A stretch of DNA of 64,000 nt from Burkholderiaceae bacterium (lineage in GTDB: Bacteria > Pseudomonadota > Gammaproteobacteria > Burkholderiales > Burkholderiaceae_C), in the NCBI GenBank assembly GCA_024235915.1, contig JACKLO010000025.1, positions 3,554-67,553 of the forward strand. Direction: 5' to 3'. The notes under the pieces were generated by a model that saw only the letters and a list, made by a program, of their open reading frames with translations, was not told the origin of the DNA and did not search any database. Below are positions 1 to 9,768 of the stretch, in pieces. The position numbers and the translations under genes were made by a program. Every line of letters starts with the position of its first letter. Position 1 is the stretch's first letter.

Positions 1-1987
1 CGCGCAGGTAGTTCATCACCTGGGCGGTGTCGCCATACGCGTCGCTGGGGTTCACGGTGCCACCCACCGCGGCCGCGGTGAAGCCGCTGCCGCCGCTGGC
101 GATGACGCGGGTGGTCCAGTCGCGCGTGAGCAGCTTGCTGCTCGCCGACCACAGCGTGGTGGTCTCGTCCACGGCACCGGTGGTGGGGTCGATGGGCCGT
201 GCCACGATGTCGCCCTGCCAGCCCGACGGGTTGTAGTAGCCGTAGTAGGCGCGGCTGTCGCCACGCGCCAGGTTGACGGTGCTCACGGCCACGCCGCCCT
301 GGGCGCCGCGCTGGCTGATGATGTCCTCGAGCACCGAGCGGATGCCCGAGGACGTCTCCGCCGGGTTGGTGGCCAGGTACATCAGGCCGCGGCCGTTCAG
401 CGTGGCATGCCACTGGTCGTCGATCAGCGACGGGTCGTCGGCCACCGGCGTGGTCCAGGTCGGCGCGGTCACGAACGGATCGACGTCGGTGGGCCAGAGC
501 GCGCCGCGCACGCCCAGCGAAATCGCATAGGTGTTGATGTGCAGGTCAGGGTTCTTGTCGGCGTTGGGCGCCGTGGACGAACTCAGTGGCAGCTTGCCGG
601 CCGCCAGGTCGGTGCGCAGGCGGTTGGTGTAGTAGCGCAGCGCCAGGTCGGCCAGCGTGCCGTTGGACGTGGTCTGGTAGGGCGAGCCGCTGCCCCAGGT
701 GTTGGCCGATTTGCCGGCCTGCCAGCTCGGTGGCGTGATCGACGTGGTGTTGGAGAAGCCGTCGGTCACGATGAACATGCTGTTGCGCTGGCACGCGTAC
801 TGCACGATGTTCGTGTTGTCGTTGAACTGCTTGGCGATGTGCTTGACGGTGGCGTGCGTGGGCGTGCCTTCCGCCGACAGCGCGTTCTTGTAGAAGTCCC
901 CGGCGATGCGCCGGCCGTTGCTGGACGCGTTCGGGTTGTCGGTGTCGTACATCGTCACCGTGGGCGTGGAAGCGCCCTCGTCGGTGAACTTCATCAGCCC
1001 CACGCGCAGGCCCGTCAGGTCCTCCAGCACCGCGCCCATGGACCCGGCCAGCATGAGCTTGCGCTTGCGGTAGTAGCTGAACCAGTTGGCGAAGTTCTGC
1101 AGTTCACTGGCGTGGCTGCGGCCCGACGGGAAGGTATTGCCACTCTTGATCTCGTAGCGCTTGAGCTTGGTGGTGCCGTCTGGCGCCAGCACGCAGTCGG
1201 TGCCCACGGTGCAGTTCTCGGCATGCCAGAACGTGGCCGGGTAGTAGGGCACGGAGGCCCAGCAGGCACGGCCACTGGCCACGGTGACGGCTGCGGTGAG
1301 CGTCTTTTCACCGCTGCCGTTGCAGACGTTGCTGGTCTCCGAACCTGCCGAGACCCGAGTGCCCACCGGCAGCACCATGCCCGCCTGCACGTAGAAGCGG
1401 TAGCCGTTGCTCGTCCAGTTGCCATCGGACGAGTTCCAGTTGTCGCCGACATTCAGCGACGGCCCGCTGCTGTAGGCCGGGTGGGACAGCGTCGCGCTGG
1501 TGGAGGCGTTGCTGTAGTTGCGCACGGCGCCGTCGTGGTACGCCGGCGCCCAGGGTTCGTAGGTGACGTTGGTGTCGTAGTACAGCGGGTTGAAGGTCGA
1601 CGATCGGGTCCAGGCGAACTGGTTGGTCGGCGGCAGCGCCAGGCCATTGGTGCTGTTGTAGGCGTAGATCTGCCCCCCCGTGGCCGTGCCCACGGGGAAC
1701 AGGTAGGCATAGCCCCAGTAGCTGCTGTGCTTGTTGCGCCGCGGCTTGCCAGTGCCGCTGTCCCAGCCGTCGTCGCCGTCGTACCAGAACAGGCCGGAGC
1801 TGGTGTCCAGCAGGTACTCCCAGTCCATGGAGCCGGAATCGTCCATGCCGAAGATGACATTCGGGCGCGCCAGCACGGAGGACTTGAGCGGCAGTTCGGC
1901 CAGGTCGGTGGCCTGGGCGGCCGGCCCGCTGAGCAGTGCGCCGAGGGCCAGCAGGCACGCCGCGGCCTGGGTGGTCTTGTTCATCAT
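1..1987 (-). CDS. pilY1: Type IV pilus tip adhesin PilY1/PilC (5' part; C-terminus beyond left edge)
   Basis: Manual translation MMNKTTQAAACLLALGALLSGPAAQATDLAELPLKSSVLARPNVIFGMDDSGSM: signal peptide and vWA DDSGS motif. The same frame reads TAQVMNYLR at the window edge. ATGA overlap with pilX. Confidence 0.9.
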   Translation of the reverse strand, partial: MMNKTTQAAACLLALGALLSGPAAQATDLAELPLKSSVLARPNVIFGMDDSGSMDWEYLLDTSSGLFWYDGDDGWDSGTGKPRRNKHSSYWGYAYLFPVGTATGGQIYAYNSTNGLALPPTNQFAWTRSSTFNPLYYDTNVTYEPWAPAYHDGAVRNYSNASTSATLSHPAYSSGPSLNVGDNWNSSDGNWTSNGYRFYVQAGMVLPVGTRVSAGSETSNVCNGSGEKTLTAAVTVASGRACWASVPYYPATFWHAENCTVGTDCVLAPDGTTKLKRYEIKSGNTFPSGRSHASELQNFANWFSYYRKRKLMLAGSMGAVLEDLTGLRVGLMKFTDEGASTPTVTMYDTDNPNASSNGRRIAGDFYKNALSAEGTPTHATVKHIAKQFNDNTNIVQYACQRNSMFIVTDGFSNTTSITPPSWQAGKSANTWGSGSPYQTTSNGTLADLALRYYTNRLRTDLAAGKLPLSSSTAPNADKNPDLHINTYAISLGVRGALWPTDVDPFVTAPTWTTPVADDPSLIDDQWHATLNGRGLMYLATNPAETSSGIRSVLEDIISQRGAQGGVAVSTVNLARGDSRAYYGYYNPSGWQGDIVARPIDPTTGAVDETTTLWSASSKLLTRDWTTRVIASGGSGFTAAAVGGTVNPSDAYGDTAQVMNYLR

Positions 1988-2574
1988 TCGCCTCTCGTGA
2001 TCAGCGACTGCACCCAGGTCTGGGTGTCCTTCGGCCCGGTGACGCGCACGGTCGCGCGGAACTGGCGCGCATTGGGCGGATCGAGTTCCTCGCAGCCCGC
2101 CTCGCGGCAACGGATTTCCTGGGGCTCCTGCTTGACCAGGCACTGGCGCAGCGGCCGGGTGACCGGCAGCGCGCCTTCACACATGCGTTCGGCCACATAG
2201 GCCACGGTGTAGGCGCCCACGGTGACCGTCGGCGCGGCATCGAAATCCAGTTGCGGGATGCCGTTGGCATCCGCGTTCTGGATCGTCGGCCAGTACCAGC
2301 CTGCCTGCGCCGTGTCCTCGTTGCCGAGTTCGTCACGGATGCGGGCGAACACCGTGTTCAACCCCACCTCGGAGGCCTGCACGGCCGCTTCGCGGTAGGC
2401 GGTGTTGCCGCTCGCCAGCGTGCCCACTTCGGTCAACCGGGCCAGCGCCATGCCGCCCAGCAGCATCACGGACAGCAGCACCAGCACGACCAGCATGGTC
2501 ATGCCACGCTGTTGCCGATGTGCACCAGCGCACATCGCCGCTGGCGCCTGGGTTGCGCGGTCAATCATGTTCAT
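1984..2574 (-). CDS. pilX: Type IV minor pilin PilX-like
   Basis: QQRG|MTMLVVLVLL prepilin leader lacking E5 (typical of PilX); ASGN..REAAVQASE motif; lies between pilW and pilY1. Confidence 0.85.
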   Translation of the reverse strand: MNMIDRATQAPAAMCAGAHRQQRGMTMLVVLVLLSVMLLGGMALARLTEVGTLASGNTAYREAAVQASEVGLNTVFARIRDELGNEDTAQAGWYWPTIQNADANGIPQLDFDAAPTVTVGAYTVAYVAERMCEGALPVTRPLRQCLVKQEPQEIRCREAGCEELDPPNARQFRATVRVTGPKDTQTWVQSLITRGE

Positions 2575-3650
2575 TCCCTCAGCCCCAGCACCAGATTGCG
2601 CATCGGCACGACGACGGTGGAGACGCGGTAGCGCCAGCACTGCCAGTCGTCGACGTCGGGTTCGATCTCCACGCCGAACAGCTGCGGCTTGTCGAGGCTG
2701 GCGTCGCAGTTGCCATTGGCGTCGGGTCGTTCGCGCTGCGGGCTCCGGGTGACCACGCCCATGCGGATGGCGCGCACACGCGGCAGCGTGGTGGCGTCCA
2801 GCACCGCAAAGCCGTCGCCGGCGTCCACCCACTGTTCCAGCGTGGTGCCGCCCGCGGTGGCCACGCCGTACTGCGCGCGCAGGGCGATCACGTTGCGCGT
2901 GAGCACGGCCGTGTCGCCCGTCAGCGGACGGTCGAGCACCAGCGTGTTGCCGTCGCGGCGATAGCGGTTCCAGCTCAGGGCACCGATCAGCGTGATGCGG
3001 TCGCGCTCGGCAAAGGTGGGCATGGCCGTGAACGCACCCTGGTTGTGGGTGCCGTCGGCGGCGAAGGTGAGCAGCTGCGGCGTGGTGTCGGTGCTGGGCG
3101 TGACCGCGGTGACGGTGCGCACCAGGCAAGGGGCGCCTGGCGTCGCCGGCGCCAGCAGCACCGCCTGGCCGGCGGCCGTGGGCATCAGCGACTGCAGCGC
3201 AGCGGACGTGCCGTCCGAAGCCGACGCCAGCAGCACATTGGCGCCCGATTCGACGCGGTTGCCGTAGACGATGTCGATGGTGTCGCCATCGTCACCTGCC
3301 GTGATGCGCACGGGCGTGAAGGTGTCGCTGTCGCTGTGCAAGGTCGGCCCGGTGCTCAGCGCCAGGGTGTTGCAAAGGTAGTTCGCGTCGCCGAAGAATC
3401 CCAGGCCGGCCAGGGCGGCGTCGTTCTTCAGCGCCGCCAGCGCCGTGGCCGCGCCGATGCCGCTGCCGCCCACGCCGATGCCCTGGCGCTGCGAGGCGGT
3501 GAACATCATGGCGCTGCCGGCAGCGGCGATGCTCACCAGCATGGCCACCACCAGGCCCACCATCAGCTCGACGATGGACAGGCCGCGTTGGGCGTGCCGT
3601 GGCGGCACCGGCCGCGCCACCTGGCGCGAGGACAGGCTAGGGCCGGACAT
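2571..3650 (-). CDS. pilW: Type IV minor pilin PilW
   Basis: QRG|LSIVELMVGL prepilin motif; C-terminal YRVSTVVVPMRN typical of PilW. Confidence 0.88.
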   Translation of the reverse strand: MSGPSLSSRQVARPVPPRHAQRGLSIVELMVGLVVAMLVSIAAAGSAMMFTASQRQGIGVGGSGIGAATALAALKNDAALAGLGFFGDANYLCNTLALSTGPTLHSDSDTFTPVRITAGDDGDTIDIVYGNRVESGANVLLASASDGTSAALQSLMPTAAGQAVLLAPATPGAPCLVRTVTAVTPSTDTTPQLLTFAADGTHNQGAFTAMPTFAERDRITLIGALSWNRYRRDGNTLVLDRPLTGDTAVLTRNVIALRAQYGVATAGGTTLEQWVDAGDGFAVLDATTLPRVRAIRMGVVTRSPQRERPDANGNCDASLDKPQLFGVEIEPDVDDWQCWRYRVSTVVVPMRNLVLGLRE

Positions 3651-4080
3651 CGGTGGTCGCCTCCAGCGTGCGGGTCTCCCCGGAATCCTTGCCGGTCCAG
3701 GTGATCGTCACGGTAAATTGGCCCATGGCCAGTGCCGAGGTCGCTTCCACGTCGCCAGGCAAGGCGGCCACGACGCGGGCTTCCCAGTCTTCGGCGCGCG
3801 CGCGCGCCGTCTCGCTGGGGCAGGTGCCAGCGTCGGGCAAGGTGTAGCAGCCGGCATTGGCCACATCGACCAGCACCGTGCTGAGCAGTTCGTCGCCCAA
3901 CTGCGCGGCCGTCAGGCGGGCCTGGCTCTCCGTGCTCTGGCGCACCAGGCTGGTCTGCATGCGCGTCATGCCCAGCAGGCCGAAGGCCAGCAAGGCCAGG
4001 GCGATGAGGGCATCGATCAGGCCCATGCCACGCCCCGTGGCGCGGCCATGCCGGGAGGTGGGGAAATGATGGGCGCTCAT
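3637..4080 (-). CDS. pilV: Type IV minor pilin PilV-like
   Basis: GRG|MGLIDALIALALLAFGLLG leader; C-terminal FTVTITW; operon position. Confidence 0.82.
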   Translation of the reverse strand: MSAHHFPTSRHGRATGRGMGLIDALIALALLAFGLLGMTRMQTSLVRQSTESQARLTAAQLGDELLSTVLVDVANAGCYTLPDAGTCPSETARARAEDWEARVVAALPGDVEATSALAMGQFTVTITWTGKDSGETRTLEATTDVRP

Positions 4081-4577
4081 TCGCAGTCCGTCGTGTGGTC
4101 GCCGCACAGGCGCACGCTGCCGCCGCCGTCCACACGCAGGCCGGGGCAGCGGATCTCCGTGGAACAGCTCAAGCTGGGGTGGCTCAGGTCCACCGAGGCA
4201 GTGGCAAAGGCCACGGGCCGCCCCTCGCCGCCGAAGTCCAAGGTGGCGGCTTCGGCCGAGATGCCGTGCGTGAACGGTGAGACGCGCAGTTCCACCGGCG
4301 CGTCGGGGTCGGTGCGGTCGCTGATCGTGACGGCCGTGCTGCTCACCGCCACCCGCACCACGGTGTTGCGCTTGATGGCCTCGCTCTGGGCGAAGAGCAT
4401 CTGGGCATACAAGGTGTTGCCGTTCTCGCGCAGGCGGGAGTTGGCCAGGTATTCCGAGAACGACGGCGCCGCCGCCACGGCCAGCATGGCCGCGATGGCC
4501 AGGGCCACCATCAGCTCCACCAGGGTCAGGCCGCGGTGGCCGCGGCGGCCGCCGTGGGGGTCGGTCAGCTGTCGCAT
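4077..4577 (-). CDS. fimT: FimT/FimU (GspH-like) minor pilin
   Basis: HRG|LTLVELMVALAI, APSF and AQSEAIKRN motifs. Confidence 0.85.
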   Translation of the reverse strand: MRQLTDPHGGRRGHRGLTLVELMVALAIAAMLAVAAAPSFSEYLANSRLRENGNTLYAQMLFAQSEAIKRNTVVRVAVSSTAVTISDRTDPDAPVELRVSPFTHGISAEAATLDFGGEGRPVAFATASVDLSHPSLSCSTEIRCPGLRVDGGGSVRLCGDHTTDCE

Positions 4578-4981
4578 GTGCTGCCCTTCATGCTCCAGCA
4601 GTTGGTCGCCGGCACGCCCTTGGGGTGCGCTGTCGTCACCCGCACACCAAGGTGGTTGATGCTGTAGCCATACCCGCTGACCGGGCCGCTGCCGGTGGCC
4701 GTGGCGGTGTAGCTCTGGCCGTCGTCGGCGGCCTCGCAGCCGATGGCGAAGTCGCCGGCAGCGGCCAGGCTGTCGGGGCAGGCGTATCGGCCCGCGTCCT
4801 GGAAACGCTGTTCCATGCGGGTGGCCAGGGCGCTCAGGGCGTCCAGTGCCGGCGGCACGCGCGCGCGCTGGATGTAGGCGGTGTAGGCCGGCAAGGCGAT
4901 GGCCGACAGGATGGCGACGATGGCCACCGTGATCATCACTTCGATCAGCGTGAAGCCGCGGGCGGTGCGTGGCGTGGTCAT
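4565..4981 (-). CDS. pilE: Type IV minor pilin PilE
   Basis: ARG|FTLIEVMITVAIVAILSAIALPAYTAYIQRAR; C-terminal CWS..C. Confidence 0.88.
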   Translation of the reverse strand: MTTPRTARGFTLIEVMITVAIVAILSAIALPAYTAYIQRARVPPALDALSALATRMEQRFQDAGRYACPDSLAAAGDFAIGCEAADDGQSYTATATGSGPVSGYGYSINHLGVRVTTAHPKGVPATNCWSMKGSTCDS

Positions 4982-5066
4982 GGTGTCGGGTCCGTAGGGT
5001 CTGGCTGCAGGCAACGCGGCGGCGGGCTGCCCCGGACGGGCGGCCTTTGCCGGCTCATGGCCGTGT

Positions 5067-5093
5067 TTATCGACGGCTTGACCCGGGGCTTGA
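5067..5093 (-). promoter_or_regulatory. Putative sigma28 (FliA)-type promoter for the minor pilin operon
   Basis: Minus strand reads TCAAG-N14-GTCGATAA, close to the sigma28 consensus TCAAG/TAAA-N14-15-GCCGATAA, about 85 bp upstream of pilE. Confidence 0.5.
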
Positions 5094-5244
5094 GGGCGAA
5101 AATGCGGCAGATTCCCGCGCAAACGTAACGGTCGGCAACCGGTGCGGGCGCCCAAGGCGGGCGCTGCCGCCAACATGCGGGCCAAGGCACCCGCCCGGGT
5201 CACCCCGGCTTGGCGGCGCAGGGCCGCCCCGGCACCATGGGCGC

Positions 5245-6342
5245 ATGACCGATGCACAGATCATCGTCCTCGCCACGCCGGTCTTTCTGGCGCTGATCGC
5301 GGTGGAATTCACGGTCGGCCGCCTGCGCGGCCGCAACACCTACCGGCTGGCCGACGCGCTGTCCAGCATCGGGCTGGGCATCATGAGCCAGCTGACGAAC
5401 GTATTCGGCAAGCTGGTCGCCGGCGCCATGTACGTGCTGGCGTTCGAGGCCCTGGCCCCTTGGCGGCTCTCGGCGTCCGAACCCTGGGTCTGGGTGGCCG
5501 GGCTGCTGCTGTACGACCTCTGCTACTACGGGCTGCATCGAGGCGGCCACCGGGTGGCCGTGCTGTGGGCGGCCCACGCCGTGCACCATCAGAGCGAGGA
5601 CTACAACCTCAGCACCGCGCTGCGCCAGACCAGCAGCGGCTTCCTCTTCGGCTGGATCTTCTACCTGCCGATGGCGCTGCTGGGCTTCCCGCCGCTGGTC
5701 TTCGGCGTGGTGGCGCTGATCGACCTGCTCTACCAGTACTGGGTGCATACCCAGCAGATCGGCCGCCTCGGCTGGTTCGACCGCTGGTTCTGCAGCCCCA
5801 GCAACCACCGCGTGCACCATGCGGTGAACGACCGCTACGTGGACAAGAACTACGGCGGCATCCTGATCCTCTGGGACCGGCTCTTCGGCAGCTTCGAGGA
5901 CGAGCGTGCCGACGAACCCTGCGTCTACGGCACGCGCAGCCCGCTGCGCAGCTGGAACCCGCTGTGGGCCAACCTGCAGGTGTACGCCGATCTGGCACAC
6001 GACAGCTGGCACGCCCGGTCGTGGGCCGACAAGCTGCGCGTGTGGCTCAAGCCCCCGGGCTGGCGGCCGGCCGACGTGGCGGCGCGCTTCCCGAAGCCGG
6101 CCTTCGACCTGGCAGCGGTGCGGCGCTGGGAGCCGGCGCTGTCGCCCGCCGCGGCCTGGGCAGCAACGCTGCTGTTCGCCGCCCTGCTGGGCGCCACCGC
6201 GCTGTTCCTGTGGAACGCCCACCTGCTGAGCTGGCCGCAGAAGGCCGCCGCGGTGTCCGGCATCCTGACCGGCCTGTGGGCCGTGGGCCTGATCAGCACG
6301 CCGCGGTCGGCAGCCGCAGCCGCGTCGGAACAGCCCGCGTGA
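5245..6342 (+). CDS. Sterol desaturase / fatty acid hydroxylase family membrane protein (alkylglycerol monooxygenase-like)
   Basis: His boxes HRGGH, HAVHH, HRVHH; NLSTALRQ; NYGGILILWDRLFG. Confidence 0.85.
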   Translation: MTDAQIIVLATPVFLALIAVEFTVGRLRGRNTYRLADALSSIGLGIMSQLTNVFGKLVAGAMYVLAFEALAPWRLSASEPWVWVAGLLLYDLCYYGLHRGGHRVAVLWAAHAVHHQSEDYNLSTALRQTSSGFLFGWIFYLPMALLGFPPLVFGVVALIDLLYQYWVHTQQIGRLGWFDRWFCSPSNHRVHHAVNDRYVDKNYGGILILWDRLFGSFEDERADEPCVYGTRSPLRSWNPLWANLQVYADLAHDSWHARSWADKLRVWLKPPGWRPADVAARFPKPAFDLAAVRRWEPALSPAAAWAATLLFAALLGATALFLWNAHLLSWPQKAAAVSGILTGLWAVGLISTPRSAAAAASEQPA

Positions 6343-6352
6343 ACAGGGCGCC

Positions 6353-7411
6353 CTAGAAGAGGCCGCCGCCGGCCTGGGGTGGCGCCACGCCCAGGTGGCG
6401 GAAGGCGGCAAGCGTGGCCGTGCGGCCGCGCGGCGTGCGCTGCAGGAAGCCTTGCTGGATCAGGTAGGGCTCGATCACGTCCTCGATCGTGCCCGACTCC
6501 TCGCCGATGGCCGCGGCCAGGTTCTCCAGCCCCACTGGGCCGCCGTCGAAGCGGTGCACCACGGCTTCCAGCAGCTTGCGGTCCATGACGTCGAAGCCCA
6601 GTGGGTCCACGTCCAGCAGCGCCAGCGCCTTGTCAGCGATGGGTGCATCGATGTGTCCCGAGCCCTTGACCTGGGCGTAGTCGCGTACGCGGCGCAGCAA
6701 CCGGTTGGCGATGCGCGGCGTGCCGCGGCTGCGGCGCGCGATCTCCGCCGCGCCGCTGGCGTCGATCGGCACGTTCAGCAGCGCCGCGCTGCGGGTGACG
6801 ATGCTGCCGAGTTCCTCGGCCGTGTAGAACTCCAGCCGCGCGACGATGCCGAACCGGTCGCGCAGCGGGTTGGTCAGCATGCCGGCGCGCGTGGTGGCGC
6901 CCACCAGCGTGAACGGCTGCAGGTCGAGCTTGATCGAGCGCGCCGCCGGGCCGTCGCCGATCATGATGTCGATCTGGTAGTCCTCCAGCGCCGGGTACAG
7001 GATCTCCTCGACCACCGGGCTCAGGCGGTGGATCTCGTCGATGAAGAGCACATCGTGCTTTTCCAGGCTGGTGAGGATGGCGGCCAGGTCCTTGGGCTTT
7101 TCCAGCACCGGGCCGGAGGTCTGGCGCAGGTTCACCCCCAGTTCGGCGGCGATGATGTGGCTCAGCGTGGTCTTGCCCAGCCCCGGCGGGCCGAACAGCA
7201 GCACGTGGTCCAGCGCTTCGGCGCGGTGGCGCGCGGCGCCAACGAAGATCTCCAACTGCTCGCGCGCCTTGGCCTGACCCACGTACTCCTGCAGCCGCTT
7301 GGGCCGCAGCGCGCGCTCCAGGGCTTCCTCGTTGGGCGAGGCGGGCGCGGCGCTGACCATGCGCGGGCGCTGGAAGCCATCATTATGGAAGTCGTCGGTC
7401 TGTACGGCCAT
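6353..7411 (-). CDS. ruvB: Holliday junction helicase RuvB
   Basis: [40 protein letters not shown]. Confidence 0.98.
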   Translation of the reverse strand: MAVQTDDFHNDGFQRPRMVSAAPASPNEEALERALRPKRLQEYVGQAKAREQLEIFVGAARHRAEALDHVLLFGPPGLGKTTLSHIIAAELGVNLRQTSGPVLEKPKDLAAILTSLEKHDVLFIDEIHRLSPVVEEILYPALEDYQIDIMIGDGPAARSIKLDLQPFTLVGATTRAGMLTNPLRDRFGIVARLEFYTAEELGSIVTRSAALLNVPIDASGAAEIARRSRGTPRIANRLLRRVRDYAQVKGSGHIDAPIADKALALLDVDPLGFDVMDRKLLEAVVHRFDGGPVGLENLAAAIGEESGTIEDVIEPYLIQQGFLQRTPRGRTATLAAFRHLGVAPPQAGGGLF

Positions 7412-7448
7412 ACAGGCATTATCGGTGGCAGCGCGGGATAATCACCGC

Positions 7449-7790
7449 ATGTCCCTGGCCAGCCGTCACCTGCACACCATCGCCCGGCTGGCAATGGTGG
7501 CGGCGTTGGCGCTGGCATTGCTGCCCACTGTGGCCCGGGCACTCCAGCCCGTGGCTGCGGCGCCGGTCTGGGCCTCGGTGTGCAGCAGCACGGCCACGCC
7601 CGACCTGACCCACGCGCTGGATGCCTGCGCGCACTGCGTGGTGGCGGCACTGCCGGTGCTGCCACCGGCACCGGCCAAGCTGCCGGCCGCCACGCCCGGT
7701 GGCCATGTGGCCGCCCCGATCGTGGCGCAAGGTCTTGCCGGCGGTGCCGCATGGGGTGCGGCGCAGGCCCGTGCACCACCGGCCGCCTGA
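7449..7790 (+). CDS. DUF2946-like small protein (CxxC, C-terminal ARAPP), usually copper-associated
   Basis: Signal-like N-terminus, VCS, HALDACAHC, QARAPPA; upstream of a copper chaperone. Confidence 0.7.
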   Translation: MSLASRHLHTIARLAMVAALALALLPTVARALQPVAAAPVWASVCSSTATPDLTHALDACAHCVVAALPVLPPAPAKLPAATPGGHVAAPIVAQGLAGGAAWGAAQARAPPAA

Positions 7791-7861
7791 ACGACTCCGC
7801 CTACCTTGATTGCGCGGCCGCCTCCCTGCGAGCCGCTGTCGTTCACGCACGAAAGATGCCC

Positions 7862-8350
7862 ATGTTCCGCTTCCCCAAGCACACCCTCCCCGCGCTGTTC
7901 ATCGCCGCGGTCACCAGCGCTGCCCAAGCCCAGATCACCGTCCAGGACCCCTGGGTCCGGGGCACGGTCGCCCAACAGAGGGCCAGCGGCCTGTTCGCCA
8001 TCATCACCTCGGCCCAGGCCGGCAAGCTCGTGGCGGCCTCGTCGCCGGTGGCGGGCGTCGTCGAGATCCACGAGATGTCGATGGACGGCTCGACCATGCG
8101 CATGCGCCAGCTCAGCGACGGCCTGCCGTTGCCCGCGGGCCAGGCCGTGGCGCTCAAACCCGGCGGCTACCACGTGATGCTGATGGACCTGAAGCAGCAG
8201 CTCAAGGCCGGCGAGACGGTGCCGGTGACGCTGGTGGTCGAAGGCGCCGACGGCAAGCGGCAGAACGTCGAGGTGCAGGCGCCGGTGCGCGCGCTGGGTG
8301 CCACGGGCAGCATGCAGCCCGGCGGCATGCACGGCGGCATGAAGCACTGA
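7862..8350 (+). CDS. Periplasmic copper chaperone PCu(A)C
   Basis: DPWVR, VEIHEMSMDGSTMRM, LKPGGYHVMLMDL; His/Met-rich tail. Confidence 0.9.
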   Translation: MFRFPKHTLPALFIAAVTSAAQAQITVQDPWVRGTVAQQRASGLFAIITSAQAGKLVAASSPVAGVVEIHEMSMDGSTMRMRQLSDGLPLPAGQAVALKPGGYHVMLMDLKQQLKAGETVPVTLVVEGADGKRQNVEVQAPVRALGATGSMQPGGMHGGMKH

Positions 8351-8381
8351 CGCGTCGGCCCGCTGAACGGGGTCGGTGAGT

Positions 8382-8957
8382 TCAGCGGCTGAGGGCCTTG
8401 AGCGCCAGCTTGATGCCCTCGGCCACGCCCACGTCGGGCGGCAGCGCCTTCAGCGCCGCCTTGGCGTCGCGCTCGTTGTAGCCCAGCGCCAGCAGGGCCT
8501 GCACGATGTCGGCCTGGCTGTCGCTGACCGCCTCGGCCGAGGTGATACCGAGGTCCGGTCCCAGCTTGCCCTTGAGTTCCAGCAGCAGGCGCTCGGCTGT
8601 TTTTTTTCCGATGCCCGGCACCTTGACCAGGCGGCCGACATCCTGCGCCGTGACGGCTTGCGACAGCTCCGTGGTCGACAGGCCCGAGAGCACGGCGAGC
8701 GCTGTGCGCGGTCCGACGCCGCTGACCTTGACCAATTCGCGGAAGCTGGCGCGTTCGCCTTCGGTGAGGAAGCCGTAGAGCAGCTGTGCGTCCTCGCGCA
8801 CCACGAAGTGGGTCAGCAGCGTCACCGGCGCGCCCAGGGCAGGCAGGTGGTAGAAGCTGCTCATCGGCACGTCGAGCTCGTAGCCCACGCCGTGCACGTC
8901 GACGAGGATCTGCGGCGGCGCTTTGGCCGCAAGGGTTCCGACGAGGCGTCCGATCAT
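8382..8957 (-). CDS. ruvA: Holliday junction DNA-binding protein RuvA
   Basis: [42 protein letters not shown]. Confidence 0.98.
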   Translation of the reverse strand: MIGRLVGTLAAKAPPQILVDVHGVGYELDVPMSSFYHLPALGAPVTLLTHFVVREDAQLLYGFLTEGERASFRELVKVSGVGPRTALAVLSGLSTTELSQAVTAQDVGRLVKVPGIGKKTAERLLLELKGKLGPDLGITSAEAVSDSQADIVQALLALGYNERDAKAALKALPPDVGVAEGIKLALKALSR

Positions 8958-8972
8958 GGACGCGGATTATGT

Positions 8973-9045
8973 TGGCCCCCAAGACGCCTTCGGCGTCGCC
9001 CCCCCAAGGGGGAGCCGCCCGCCTTGGGGCGGCCCGGCGGCGGGC
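8973..9045. repeat. REP-like intergenic palindromic repeat, copy 1
   Basis: CCTTGGGGCGGCCCGGCGG (9022-9040) is the exact reverse complement of 53630-53648; internal hairpins GACGCC-TTC-GGCGTC and CCCCC-AA-GGGGG. Confidence 0.7.
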
Positions 9046-9062
9046 CCGGAAGGCCCAGGTGG

Positions 9063-9719
9063 TCAGCGCCCGAACAACCCCAGCCGCTGCGCTTCCAGCG
9101 CCGCTTCGGCGCGCGAGCTCACGTTGAGCTTGCGGTAGATCTGCTTCACGTAGTCGGCAATGGTGTGCCGGCTCAGGCCGAGCTGCACGCCGATCTCCGG
9201 CAGCGTGTAGCCCTTGGCCACACGCAGCAGCACCTCGCTCTCGCGTTCGGTGAGCGACACGTTGGGCAGCAGGTTGTTCTGCGGCTGCGTGGGCTTGGCC
9301 TTCTCCGTGAAATAGGCCATCACGCGGCGCGCGATGCTCGGGCTCAGCGGCGGTTCGCCCTGGCTGATGCGCTGCAGCTGCTCGGTGATCAGCTCGCGCG
9401 CCTGTTCCTTGAGGATGTAGCCGAAGGCTCCGGCCTGCAGCGCCGGGAAAAGATGTTCGTCGTCGTCGTGGATGGTCACGACCACGGACTGCGCCTCGGG
9501 CTGCAGGTCACGCAGCTTGGTCACCACGTCGACACCGGAACCGTCGGGCAGGCCCAGGTCCACCAGCGCAAGGTCGAACTTCACCGCGGAGACGAGCTCG
9601 ATGGCGTCGTGCACGCGCGCAGCTTCCGACACCTGCGCGCCGGGAAACACCTGCTGCACCAGGCTGCGCATCCAGGCACGGATCTCCGGCAGGTCTTCAA
9701 GCAGCAGGATGTTGGTCAT
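9063..9719 (-). CDS. NarL/LuxR-family response regulator
   Basis: REC (LEDL, VDLGLPDG, GYILK) plus LuxR HTH (LTERESEVL..AKG..TIADYVKQIYRKL). Confidence 0.93.
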   Translation of the reverse strand: MTNILLLEDLPEIRAWMRSLVQQVFPGAQVSEAARVHDAIELVSAVKFDLALVDLGLPDGSGVDVVTKLRDLQPEAQSVVVTIHDDDEHLFPALQAGAFGYILKEQARELITEQLQRISQGEPPLSPSIARRVMAYFTEKAKPTQPQNNLLPNVSLTERESEVLLRVAKGYTLPEIGVQLGLSRHTIADYVKQIYRKLNVSSRAEAALEAQRLGLFGR

Positions 9720-9768
9720 GGCCCCGATGGCGTGAAACGAAAATTCATGCTACCAGCGCGCGCCCACT

